From: a virus
Length of the DNA stretch: 64,000 nucleotides
Direction: 5' to 3' (one strand)
IMG/VR virus record: IMGVR_UViG_3300023223_000669
Span: 64,001-128,000 of that record
The stretch's first letter is position 1. Every line of letters starts with the position of its first letter. The translations under genes were made by a program, and so were the position numbers. Under the pieces are notes generated by a model that saw only the letters and a list, made by a program, of their open reading frames with translations, did no database searches and was not told the DNA's origin. Of this stretch, positions 27,301 to 37,000 are shown in pieces.

Positions 27301-29813
27301 ATCTTATTTTTAATCCGGATCCAACAGCATTTTCAAAACTTGAAAAAGCACAACAGGCAGGTGCTCTTAAGATTCTGAGAAATCTTAAAGCACGAATGCA
27401 GGAAGAACTTAAGATCACGGATGCAGGAAACGCACTTCAGAAAGAGCAGAGTTCTCAACGTAAAACTTTGCTGGAATCAGAAGCTAGGTCTGCTCAGGAT
27501 GCTTTTGCTGCTACTGCAATGTTCAATGCGGAATTGGTCAAGTTTGGTAATACTGTCAATACTCAGGTTTTGGCTGCCTTCCAAAATATTGGTTTGGCTG
27601 ACGTAGAGACCGTATTGGCTGGTGGTGAGTCTGAGCTTAGTGAGGCGGTGCAGAATTTGATCCGTAATGCGTTTGCTGATCCTGTGGCGAAAGCTCAGGT
27701 GGAACTACAAGCCGTGACAGCTAGTACCGAAGCTGAGTTACGTATTTTGGCTAGAGAGCTAGCTATGGTGGAAGAGAGCTTGGCAAGTGAAGCCGTTGCT
27801 GCCCAGAGAACTACTTTAGCGTCTCAGAAGCGTGCTATTGAATTGAAAATCGAAACGACTAAACAGGAAGGTGCGATTAGTGCCACCGATGCTAAGATTA
27901 AAGTTTTGGAGTCTGAACAAGAAGCAGCGGAAGACGCTATTGAAGCAGAAAAGAAACATGCTGATCTGCTAGAGAAATTAGCTGATGCCTCTCGTGCTTT
28001 TGCTCAAGAGCTTAAAGATGTCGAGCGTGCTTTCCAGGAGTTCTCTGAGGAAAAGATTGCTGATCTATTAGGCGACGAAACCGATGCTCGTAATGATCTC
28101 AAAGAAGCTCAACAAGGGGTTTTGGAATCAACGGCCGCCGTTGCTGATGCATATGACAATCTCATTAGAGCCCAACTAGAATTCAATGGTGCCATGGCTG
28201 AGGCTCAAATCAAGAGCAATCAGTTAGCACGCGATATTGCTATTCTGACAGGGGAAATCTTCACGTTTGATGGCCGACTTGCGTCTCTTGGTAATGCGTT
28301 TAGAGATGTGCTCAGTAAGTCGAACATCACGCTAGAGAAACGTATTGATCTGGAGCGTCAGCTTGCAGAGGAAACGCTATCCTTCTTGCAGCAGGCCAAG
28401 GAAGAGATCATTGGTGCTGGCTTGGGTATCTTTGGCCAGACAGGTGCAGAGAATCAAGCTCTTGGTCAGGGTATCGCTGGCCTACAGCTAGTAGCAGACA
28501 CATTGGGCGGATCGTTTGAAGCATTCTTGAACCTAACCCAAGGTGAACTATCTAGTGTCACAGAGAATCTACTAGCCCTTCCTGCTGAGTTCAGACAGCA
28601 GATTCTTGCTGCTCTGTCATTCTTGCCTAGTACAGTCAGTGTCGGTGGCTTCAGTCCTGAGCAATTGCGAGAGGCTATTGGCCAAGTTGGTGCTGGTGTG
28701 GCTCCTGAAGAGGGTCTACCGTCTATCGAAGAACTCAATAGTCAACAGGTTGAGCAACTGACTAAACTACAAGAGCTTGCGATTCAGGATGCTCAATTAC
28801 AGTTTGCTCAGGTACTTGCTGCCCAAGCACAACTGGCTGCGGCAGAAGAAGCAGCCGAAGCCGCAAAGCTACTAGAAGAACGTGCGACAGAAAATCTGGT
28901 GGCTGTGCGTGATGCTGTTCTTGAAGAGAAAGTCATTCTGGATCTTGCTAATCAACAGCGTGTTGAATTATTGAATGCGGTCATTGCGGCAGACGATAAG
29001 AACACGTTGCTTCAAATCGAAAGAGAGGCTCAATTGTTCGCAGAACAAAATGCTACATTCAGGGATATTGGTGATAACATTGTGCGTGGTATCGCTTCTG
29101 CCATCTCTGGGCGTCTTGCCGTTATCGAAGCTGCGGCCAATGTGAACAATGCATTTGCAGGACATATTCCTAATTTGTCTGGTGGCAGTTTGACGCCCAG
29201 AGAAGCCGCGTCTCTACTACGTGCTGGTGCTCGTGAAAAGCGAGCTATGCCTGGTGGAGCCGGTTTGGCCGTGGCCAACACCAGCGAAGCCATCATCCCG
29301 ATGCGGGCTGGGGGTTTCATGCCTAATTTCCAGGAGGGCACCAGTGAAATCTCTGCTGGCATCTCTGCTGTTAAGAATATCAATGAAACAGTGGTTGCTG
29401 CCATTGCTCGCTCTGTGACTGCGGCTTTGGCTGATCTACAAACCGGTGGTGCTGACACGGCAGAACTTTTGACAGAAGTTATAGCACAGCTCAGCTCTTT
29501 GAACAATACTAATGAGGACATCAAAGCCAGCAATGATACTGTAGCATCTAATACACAATCTGTGGATGCTGGTGGTACCGGTGGTGCAACAGGCGGTGCC
29601 CAAAGAGTGGAGATCACATTGCAGACCAACCAGAACAACCGTGTCAGTGTAACGGGCCTAGAGAACCTGAGAGCAGAACTAGAGGCGGCCGTGATGGAAA
29701 CAACAGCTCGCCAGGTGGATGATCAAGTATCTGCACTTTTCCAGCAGCTCGAAGACGTGGTACTCTCGCTTCAAGAGCGTGGCATGCTAACATCATTCGG
29801 TCAAACGAGGTAA
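24375..29813 (+). CDS. Tape measure protein, TP901-type core
   Basis: 1812 aa, Ala/Gly/Leu helical; FDSALRDI...FKQAGF...AILATQISTLS..AV...GREIGTFFKTI. Confidence 0.9.
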   Translation: MAKIQLEAILKLVDVQINPAVFRKISQAVAGMPASLGKTNVQLRKASTSTKALNRNLQKTKQTLSNNERAARLFLQRMAQFAILLPTFATLNRAIQGSVKFLFEFDSALRDIIRIDISGLSDRMEEVGDAALRTAVNFGVTATEVLGVTRIFKQAGFTIEESQAKAEAAILATQISTLSSAQAVEVFIAAAKQFGAEGENAVEVLDRLARVEDLAAVNASDVADAFRTGGNALAEFSGSIDDSIGLIAALREQSRKSGREIGTFFKTIQTRVFAVGEARSAVEALGIQIENLNGTLRPTLDVFNDLKKRFDGLTQAQRTNAAKGIAGIRQFESLLAVLNSLDRANELAAASSKAAGTAEEKRLITDAKLERQLGKLIAQGQALAEALGDAGLEDSLAGVLKIATGLLFIFTRLVDVIGDIGGSLVPLLALGGITLGRSVFGLAAAGAGKLGGKVGGTAGTTPVGGGAQPGRVDPFTGVLARSITKTASKVESFGKTMTRVKDITIAGAKATQAQVTKTIAAGRIQGTGFVAAIAARRQNTNAVRENIAALKASNAARLAERKGKGLFGGGVGGTVALTLLGTALPAALTGVVAQLRKVDGLLAQTSASILDVSKNGLGLAAQFAILGGKASAVAGAFGIVQSAAIILIDSFKDEAAARDELREGIKNQNKEIEARAKLASKTDVGEDFTANLFDVIARGVRGRETGAEMVAGQQQIFAELGRQIGATGEQAAKIFLEKATAEISKADLSPEKLGFGGLVKLAVELQSGNFSGLADQTVSSTRGLSKLVGELKKGEAGFVANVRAQKDLLRARAEENGTLIEAEQLIARVEAGTISGLGAFSALKSILDDTTRATNAATGAFEIVEISFKQFEKVQKIRGFADSIRTLGFELELAKLGPDALSDSLVRLTQKFLLTERESTNAIDRLTDEMNVLFQNLGSEFTVGLNPAGVSAAEFFQVIKDGVAGIDVDKVKKFEDLIFNPDPTAFSKLEKAQQAGALKILRNLKARMQEELKITDAGNALQKEQSSQRKTLLESEARSAQDAFAATAMFNAELVKFGNTVNTQVLAAFQNIGLADVETVLAGGESELSEAVQNLIRNAFADPVAKAQVELQAVTASTEAELRILARELAMVEESLASEAVAAQRTTLASQKRAIELKIETTKQEGAISATDAKIKVLESEQEAAEDAIEAEKKHADLLEKLADASRAFAQELKDVERAFQEFSEEKIADLLGDETDARNDLKEAQQGVLESTAAVADAYDNLIRAQLEFNGAMAEAQIKSNQLARDIAILTGEIFTFDGRLASLGNAFRDVLSKSNITLEKRIDLERQLAEETLSFLQQAKEEIIGAGLGIFGQTGAENQALGQGIAGLQLVADTLGGSFEAFLNLTQGELSSVTENLLALPAEFRQQILAALSFLPSTVSVGGFSPEQLREAIGQVGAGVAPEEGLPSIEELNSQQVEQLTKLQELAIQDAQLQFAQVLAAQAQLAAAEEAAEAAKLLEERATENLVAVRDAVLEEKVILDLANQQRVELLNAVIAADDKNTLLQIEREAQLFAEQNATFRDIGDNIVRGIASAISGRLAVIEAAANVNNAFAGHIPNLSGGSLTPREAASLLRAGAREKRAMPGGAGLAVANTSEAIIPMRAGGFMPNFQEGTSEISAGISAVKNINETVVAAIARSVTAALADLQTGGADTAELLTEVIAQLSSLNNTNEDIKASNDTVASNTQSVDAGGTGGATGGAQRVEITLQTNQNNRVSVTGLENLRAELEAAVMETTARQVDDQVSALFQQLEDVVLSLQERGMLTSFGQTR

Positions 29814-29816
29814 GCC

Positions 29817-31319
29817 ATGAACGTACTATCTGAAGTCCCGAGACCGCCCTTGGCAGCAGTTGTTGTTCAATACAACGGCTGTGTGCTAACGCCCGCACCG
29901 CTGATTGATTGGACAGTAGAGCCCCAGTTTAGTGGTAGTGGTACGCGTCTTGCGGATCTCAACCGTCTGACGCTGACGGGTACGATTCTTGTATCACCCT
30001 CGGGTAGTTATGAGCAGATGTATGTTAAGCAGGAAGAACTGCGTACCGCATTCTCTGTTGACGAAAAAGACTTTGTTATTCTGGCTGGTCCTGCCAATAA
30101 GAGCCTAGCCGAAGGGACTGTTATCTGTTCTGGTTTGAAACCAAAGGTCACCAGTCTCAATATTCCGGCAGACACTCAGTTCATTCGTATTGACTACACG
30201 ATTGAGCTGGAAGACCTAGTTGCTGCCTCTGGTGTCACGAACGTTACATCTAGCCTAACTGATCAATGGTCGTTCACGGAAGATCCTGATTCCTGCACAG
30301 TCAATGTTTCCCACCAAGTTAGTGCTGAAGGTGTCGATGGAGAAACGGATAAGTTTGAACAGGCCCGACGTGCCGTTAAATCCCGTCTTGGCATTGACAA
30401 GCTTCCACTCAGTATCCCATGCTTTGTGGAGCCGAACGCATCGGGCCTATTCGGATTTACTCATCCAGCAGTAGCCGGTGGCGGGCCCATTTTCGAAGTA
30501 TCGGTTCAACGTGAAGAAGTAGCTGATGTTGTCAATGGTACCTATTCTGCTACTGAAATATTCACTATTGTTAGTGGTGTACCATTCTTCTTCACACAAC
30601 GCACGGAAGCATTTGAAGAAGGTGAGGATGGTGTAGCTAACGTTACGATTGCCGGGACGGTACAGGGGCTTGGTCGTACGGTACCCGATTTTCCACTTGG
30701 GGGAGTTGGTTTTGAACGTGCTTGTTCTGGGTTCGTCAATACTGTGCGTCCACAGTTACAGTGGGACGCCTCTGGTGTATATGAAAAATACAAACAGGGT
30801 GTTTCTATTAGTGGTTTGGCCCTGTCGAAACCTACGGCATTCTCTACTACACAAAACGTATGTCGTGGCACAATAGATTTTTCTATTACATTTACTGATG
30901 ACCTAACAGCTCATTTACCCAGTGGTATTGTAAACAGATCATGTAGTGTTGCAACCATAGAGGGTATCCGACTGTTTGCAAGCCACGCAATTCCATTCAG
31001 ACGACTTGGTAATATTGTTCAAGATATTAAGACATCAACAGAGGGCTCTATTTCCATTGTGTGTCAGGCACAGGCTAGAAGTACTGGCGACAACGCAGCA
31101 GACACCAATCGTGCTATCCAGTTTGTTCAAGATGAAATCAATAGGCTCAAGAATCAACATGCTAATCCCGCTGATTTTGTGACTTTGCGTATTGCCAATC
31201 TGAACCAACAGTTTAGTGATACTGATCTTACTAGTGCGGTTACACTTGATTTTGCCTTTACAGTCGATCTGGCAGCCGTGCCGAACGAGACTTCTGATAT
31301 TTCCCTGAGGACACTATAA
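29817..31319 (+). CDS. Tail tip (distal-tail-like) protein
   Basis: First gene after tape measure; beta-rich. Confidence 0.55.
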   Translation: MNVLSEVPRPPLAAVVVQYNGCVLTPAPLIDWTVEPQFSGSGTRLADLNRLTLTGTILVSPSGSYEQMYVKQEELRTAFSVDEKDFVILAGPANKSLAEGTVICSGLKPKVTSLNIPADTQFIRIDYTIELEDLVAASGVTNVTSSLTDQWSFTEDPDSCTVNVSHQVSAEGVDGETDKFEQARRAVKSRLGIDKLPLSIPCFVEPNASGLFGFTHPAVAGGGPIFEVSVQREEVADVVNGTYSATEIFTIVSGVPFFFTQRTEAFEEGEDGVANVTIAGTVQGLGRTVPDFPLGGVGFERACSGFVNTVRPQLQWDASGVYEKYKQGVSISGLALSKPTAFSTTQNVCRGTIDFSITFTDDLTAHLPSGIVNRSCSVATIEGIRLFASHAIPFRRLGNIVQDIKTSTEGSISIVCQAQARSTGDNAADTNRAIQFVQDEINRLKNQHANPADFVTLRIANLNQQFSDTDLTSAVTLDFAFTVDLAAVPNETSDISLRTL

Positions 31320-31873
31320 TGGTTGACTTTCCCGATGTCGAATGGATACAACAGGATCCTGCTGTGGACCCTTCTGGATTCCGTGATGCCAAAACCGTAG
31401 GGTTCCTCAAGAATATTGATACATCTGCCGGTGGTGTATTAGATTATGGCCAGTTGAATACTACGGGCTCTGGTGCTATCACAGAAACAAATCTGGCCTA
31501 TGCCCGAGTGAATACTTTTGGTGATGCCAGTGGCGTATTCAACATGCGTGTATTTTTGACGAATGTTACTTCATGGGGAGCAGGTACATTCCGATTTTTG
31601 GAGCGTAAAGAATTACATTTCGTGCCTAGTCTAGTATTAGATTCATCTGCTGAAAACACACCAACGGTCGTACCAACAGCCGCGAATTTTCTTGGTACAA
31701 TCACGGAGCCTGAATTCCCATTGGGCAAAACATTGATGAGTGGTGTTTTAGATAATGATGCGAGTCAATATTTGCATGTGGCCGTTGAGGTAGGAGTTGA
31801 TGTTCCTATTGGTACGTATGGTGGTGCTGGTGCTGGTACATTCCGCTATAGACTTCTTTATGACTTCTCATAA
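31319..31873 (+). CDS. Tail structural protein (paralogue of 32046..32708)
   Basis: C-terminal SQYLHVAVEVGVDVPIGTYGG.G.GTFRYRLLYDF. Confidence 0.6.
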   Translation: MVDFPDVEWIQQDPAVDPSGFRDAKTVGFLKNIDTSAGGVLDYGQLNTTGSGAITETNLAYARVNTFGDASGVFNMRVFLTNVTSWGAGTFRFLERKELHFVPSLVLDSSAENTPTVVPTAANFLGTITEPEFPLGKTLMSGVLDNDASQYLHVAVEVGVDVPIGTYGGAGAGTFRYRLLYDFS

Positions 31874-32049
31874 TGTCTGATGATATCGAATTACGTAAGG
31901 TTGGCGAAGTAGACATAGACTCTCTGCCTCGCGGCGTGAAAGCTATCATCTTTGCAGACAAGATAGTTTTTGCCCGTCGTACGGCTGGTCGCTTTGTACC
32001 GTTGTCAGACGAAGAACAAGAACGCCTTAGAAAGAAACATGTGAAATGA
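31873..32049 (+). CDS. Small hypothetical protein (58 aa, absent from ORF track)
   Basis: TAATG overlap at start and ATGA overlap at end; MSDDIELRKVGEV...RKKHVK*. Confidence 0.6.
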   Translation: MSDDIELRKVGEVDIDSLPRGVKAIIFADKIVFARRTAGRFVPLSDEEQERLRKKHVK

Positions 32050-32708
32050 GTGCTGGAGACTTCCCCGTAATTCGTGTCTTTGAATGGGACACGGCTGAAG
32101 TGGCAAGCCCCGTGGGGACACGGAACTTGCCAGGGGGGAGCTTTGCATTCAAACAGATCGTGTCTTCCGGTTGTGCTACCGTAGATCCCAGTAATCCGGG
32201 CACAACCTCTGGTACTCTCGTGTTTCAAGATACCAAGTTTGATCTTAGCAATCTACCCCTGCCGTCACATCTAGCATCGAAGGTCACGGCCATTACGTTT
32301 AACCTCGCCGCCAGTGGTACGGCCATTTCAGACCTTAAACTTTTTGTGGTAGATGATAGTGCTTTTCAAGGAAGTGCCGACGAAGGATTAGACAGAGCTT
32401 TTATACAGGCTTCTCCTAGTGGCGGTAATTGGCTACCACTCGTAGAGATGCCTTCGGGGTCCGTGAGCCGTCTTCCATTGATAGTTCCTACAGTCCCAAA
32501 CGTACTCCGTCAGGATGGCGGCAATGCCCTTGTAGGCGAGGATGACCAGAATTCATCTGAATTTGTGTACTTAAATATTGTGATCCCGCTCGGTACACCC
32601 CTGGGCACTTTTGGCGTCTGTGGCTCTGGTATTCTGAGGCTAGCATTAGTTTTTAACTACTGGTCCAATGACTTCATTCTGGAGTTTGGCGATCCTACAG
32701 TGGGTTAG
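32046..32708 (+). CDS. Tail structural protein (paralogue of 31319..31873)
   Basis: C-terminal SEFVYLNIVIPLGTPLGTFGVCGSGILRLALVFNY. Confidence 0.6.
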   Translation: MSAGDFPVIRVFEWDTAEVASPVGTRNLPGGSFAFKQIVSSGCATVDPSNPGTTSGTLVFQDTKFDLSNLPLPSHLASKVTAITFNLAASGTAISDLKLFVVDDSAFQGSADEGLDRAFIQASPSGGNWLPLVEMPSGSVSRLPLIVPTVPNVLRQDGGNALVGEDDQNSSEFVYLNIVIPLGTPLGTFGVCGSGILRLALVFNYWSNDFILEFGDPTVG

Positions 32709-32715
32709 TGTATTA
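32705..32715 (+). promoter_or_regulatory. Putative late promoter TTAGTGTATTA
   Basis: Exact motif overlapping the upstream TAG stop. Confidence 0.65.
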
Positions 32716-32767
32716 TACAGTGAGGTCATATCGACCTATCGAACGTTCGTTTTAATGGAGGTAAGCT

Positions 32768-32953
32768 ATGGCTACTTTTAACGCAACTAGTAGCACCAAT
32801 AACGCTAACCAAGTCCTCTGGGGCTGGAGCACGAAGCTCGTGCTGCACACTGACCGTGCGGTCACTGGCACCGCTCGCGGTGACCAAGTGCAGGCTGTAG
32901 AGAATCTGGGCGTGGGTGTTGCGGCGGGAGATCCATTCACATTACTGACGTAA
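32768..32953 (+). CDS. 61-aa protein with its own promoter, strong RBS and terminator
   Basis: GGAGGT RBS 32758-32763; Thr/Ala/Gly-rich. Confidence 0.7.
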   Translation: MATFNATSSTNNANQVLWGWSTKLVLHTDRAVTGTARGDQVQAVENLGVGVAAGDPFTLLT

Positions 32954-32977
32954 TCTGACGGATTTTTGCTAAAAACA

Positions 32978-33009
32978 GGGCCGCTGTTCGTTCGCGAACA
33001 GCGGCTCTT
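32978..33009 (+). terminator. Intrinsic terminator-like hairpin
   Basis: GGGCCGCTGTTCG-TTCG-CGAACAGCGGCTC, 13-bp stem with UUCG loop; short T run. Confidence 0.75.
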
Positions 33010-33018
33010 AGTTTATTA
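33008..33018 (+). promoter_or_regulatory. Putative late promoter TTAGTTTATTA
   Basis: Abuts the hairpin; identical to the copy at 11269. Confidence 0.6.
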
Positions 33019-33060
33019 TCATATGGACGTAGCTCGAAGCTTAGTTCACGGAGAAAGGAA

Positions 33061-33609
33061 ATGGTTAAAACATGTAGCAGATGTGGCCTTGAAAAAGACC
33101 TGACGGACTTTTATAGGGATCGTCGTCACAGGGATGGTTATCGCTCTGATTGTAAGGCGTGTCACACGCCAGTAGTCCGTAAATACCAAGCTACCAAAAA
33201 CGGCAAGGCCGTTGCCAGGCTTTCTGATAAGCGACGAATTGGCACCGTAAAGCGTAAAGCGTCTCACAATCGAGCTACTGCTCGTTATAAGAAAACACCA
33301 CATGGCCGTCTTGTAGAGAACGCCTGTAGCCATCGTCGCCGAGAGCGTCAAATAGGTTTAGATTCCACATGGAGCAAAGAAGACATTCTAGAGGTCTATG
33401 CTCGTTTCGGGGATAAGTGTTTTGTGTGTGATACGTCCCATGATCTTTCGATTGATCATCACCGCCCCCTATCTGAAGGGCATAGTCTTTGTCTTGAAAA
33501 CGCTGTACTCCTTTGTGTTTCATGCAACGCATCTAAGAGCACAAAAGATCCACAAGACTTCTATGCTCAAGAGCAAATGGAGGTTCTCAATGGTCTCGGC
33601 ATCATTTGA
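33061..33609 (+). CDS. Free-standing HNH endonuclease (paralogue of 8804..9316)
   Basis: N-terminal zinc finger; CFVCD...LSIDHHRPLSEG...NAVLLCVSCNASKS. Confidence 0.85.
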   Translation: MVKTCSRCGLEKDLTDFYRDRRHRDGYRSDCKACHTPVVRKYQATKNGKAVARLSDKRRIGTVKRKASHNRATARYKKTPHGRLVENACSHRRRERQIGLDSTWSKEDILEVYARFGDKCFVCDTSHDLSIDHHRPLSEGHSLCLENAVLLCVSCNASKSTKDPQDFYAQEQMEVLNGLGII

Positions 33610-34060
33610 GCACGAGGGTAATAGTGGCCTCCTGAAGTTGACAACTCACTTCGGTTGCGAAGTGGAGATCGTATGCGATAAGCTGAACGACGAGACGTTC
33701 AAGCTAGGCGGGACCGCAGTAAACGCGGTGGTCGTATACGAGGGGCTCGTTCTACAGCTTCCTGCTTGCCCATCCTTTGTTCGTTTTAGAGCCTTTCGTT
33801 CGGAAGAGGTTTACTTTGAGGACGAAGGCGTGATGTCCCACGAGGAGTGGGACGTGGCCGATCGCCATTGTTATGTGACTGAGTATTACAGTCTAGACAT
33901 GGAAGGTAAACCACCGGGCTGGTTTATCAGCAAAAGGCCAATCCAAGACGCCAACCACCTGTTCGTTAATCTTGATGTCTTAGATGGTGGTGGTAACGTT
34001 GTGAAGAGATACAGGGTCTCTCCATTTACAGGTGAACATGTTATTCGAGAGGGACTCTAA
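33590..34060 (+). CDS. Hypothetical protein
   Basis: Start re-assigned to ATG 33590 behind GGAGGT (33579-33584), in frame with ORF 33398..34060. Confidence 0.6.
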   Translation: MVSASFEHEGNSGLLKLTTHFGCEVEIVCDKLNDETFKLGGTAVNAVVVYEGLVLQLPACPSFVRFRAFRSEEVYFEDEGVMSHEEWDVADRHCYVTEYYSLDMEGKPPGWFISKRPIQDANHLFVNLDVLDGGGNVVKRYRVSPFTGEHVIREGL

Positions 34061-37000
34061 ATGGTCGATCTTGTCACTGACAATCACTTGATTGGTTTCT
34101 GGCCAATGGATGAACCCAGCGGGACTCCAACGTTCAAGAACTATTCTCCTTCGTATGCCGGTAAGCCCAGTGGCATTTCGTTTGATTTACATCAACAACA
34201 AGCTACTGTTGGTGCCGTTGGTGCTATCAGTGAATGGCTTGGCAATACTGAAGTGACGGAATCTGGTGCGTTCACATATCGTGGCGTACAATTACATGGC
34301 AACTATCAATCTGTACAGACTGTTGCTAGTAGACATGTTAAATATCTGACTATTGGTCATGGTGGTTTTGGTCCTAGACACAAAACATTGACAGCACCTA
34401 CTGCCCAGAGTGGTTTCACATTTGGTCTTTGGGTGTTACCGCAGTCTGATGGCTATGATGGATTTGTTGATGGTGCAGATAATAGTCAGAAACAACACGG
34501 CCTAGGCAATGCTTTGTTTTTCCGTGGTGATGATGATCATGGTATCATGATTGGTGTGTCTGGGCAACTTATCGGAGGTTCCCAGTTTAGTGCTTTAGAA
34601 TTTGGTGGCCCACATCGTCTAACAGGATATGTATATGTTACTGGTGGTGATACTGCTAATCCGAGTACAGATGCTCGTGCCGAGATTCTAGAGACGCCTC
34701 TTGAGTCTGGCCAATTTGTGCATTTGACATGTTCATATCGCTATATTGATGGCACAGTCAATGAAGTTGTCCTTTATAAAAACGGAAGAGTGACAGCTAG
34801 TGGCACGACGGACGCTGGTTTACATGCTGCTGCTACACCTGCAGCGAATAACTTTGATGATGTGAAGTGGGCCATTGGTGCATCTGTTGACGATGGAGAC
34901 GGTAATCCAGCAGGAGTATATGACTTGACAACAGGATGGAACCATCTTGTTTCTGGTGCGTATTATTTTGCTCGTGTTTTGCACGAGGGCGAAGTTCAAG
35001 AAATGCATGAGAGAGGTGGTTTACAGAGAACCACTGGTAATATTGGTCCTGCGACAGCGGCGGTTAGCATTGATGATACTAGGCTACTGGCTTACTATTC
35101 ATTTGCTGCTGTTGGATATGCTGATGCATCTCGTCATCACCGTCCCTTGATTGCTGGCGTTGATGAGGGTGACCGTAGTACTCTTGCCGCATTTGCTGGC
35201 CCCTTTGGTCGTGGTGGTCTTTACAAAACGTCTCCAGCCGATACTTTGATAGCTTCTAGTGGTCTTACGTTTGCTTTTGCTGAATCTACTGCTGGATTCA
35301 CTATTGGTATTCGTTACGCACAGCAACTCAGTCCTACGTTTCCTAATAACGTTTTATTCAGTTTTGGTACTTGTGGCACGACATTCAATCCTACGGTTGT
35401 TAATTCCACTATGGGGCTCAGAGTATCCCGCGACACGACTCTCGACAGGGTATTTGCTCAAGTATTTCCAATTGGAGATGAAAATACTGTAGTGACTCTT
35501 ACCAGTAGTGATTTTGATCAAGCTGACCGGGTTATGGCCCATATGGCTTTTGCGTATTCTGTTGCCGATGATGGTTTTGCCCTGTATATTGATGGTGAAT
35601 TACATGCTAGTGGTACAGCACAAAACCCATTGATGCCTCACATGTTAAACTTGGCTGCTAGTGGTTTCCCTCTAGCATTTATTGGCGGCATTGCAGCGGA
35701 CAATCCCTTTGTTCTAGCTTCGGTTTCTGATGAAACCACGATTTGTGATATCTCAATTTTCGATTCTCCGTTAGGACAGGATGAAATTAGAGCCATCGCT
35801 CAGAGTGGTATCGATATTGTGCCATTGATGCGTACTCCGCACGATCCTCGTCTAGCTGGTTACTGGCCATGCACAGATTTTGATGGTGATGATGTTTTAA
35901 TTGAGGACCGTGCTAAGGTATGGCAGAACGAAGCGTCAGCACCGCTACGTTACTCTTTGAGTGATGAAGTCTGGGATGAGCTTGAGCTTTTAGACAATGA
36001 GGGTCCATGGATTCGTAGAGATGAATTTGTAGCCAAGACTCTTCCTCCAGAGCTTGCGAGCTTCGGTAACCTGGGTATTACTAGTGGTGCTTTCACGGTT
36101 AACACACAGGGCTCTAGACCGCTTGGCGAGAACGTCGATTCTAAATCTTCGGTTGCGAACTTCCCAACTAGATGGCGTGCCAATCCAGAAGATAACGATT
36201 TAGTAGCTACTCATCCATTTGGTGAATACATCATTATGTTTGATGTGACGCCTAGTGGCACCGTGCCGCCCGCACTAGAGTTTGCCACTAATATGGATTT
36301 TAATTCCGTTGTTTTTACGCTGACCGATAACAACGACGAGTTCATGGCATACCTGACCTCTGTAAATGCCGCCCAAGGTTCTGGTATTAGTCTTTGTTTC
36401 ATGGGGCGTGAAGTTAGTGCTGGTCAATCTCATGTTTCTGGTGAGGTACCCTATGGAGTTCCTACTCATGTCATGTATCACATGAAGTGGGACGATCCAA
36501 ATAATACTTCTTCGACTGCCCTGATTAGTTATTTAACTGCTCGTCTATATATTGCTGGTGTACCTATCATGCATCGTCGTATGTTAGGTCCAGATTCTAG
36601 ATTATGGCCAGATCAACAGGGTGGTGCTAGCCTTGACGAATGGATGTTAAACATTGGTGGTGAAGCTATTGATGAAGCCGAGACAGGACATGCTACTATC
36701 GCGGAAGTTGGTCTTGGTGGTAATTATGTACGCAACTTCACAATTATGCGTGGCACTTTCTCGCCTGATGATATCAGAAACTTTGCTGTATCTGGTATTG
36801 AAGATAAAGCACCTTTGACGGGGTTCAATGATGGTGCTTTACCCACAACCCAAGTGACTACTGCTGATGCTGCTCTTGAGGGCTATTGGCGTTTCAGTGG
36901 TCAGCCATCTGGAGAAACCGATCTCGGTCCTGCTGGTAATGATCTAGTTTCCCTGGCGAAACAAGCGATTGAAGACGGCGTTTTTACTCCTGGTGCGAAC

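Noticed and set aside
5912-33609. HNH genes as group I intron ORFs splitting host genes
   Set aside because: Flanking genes have their own stops and starts and look complete; too little non-coding sequence for an intron core
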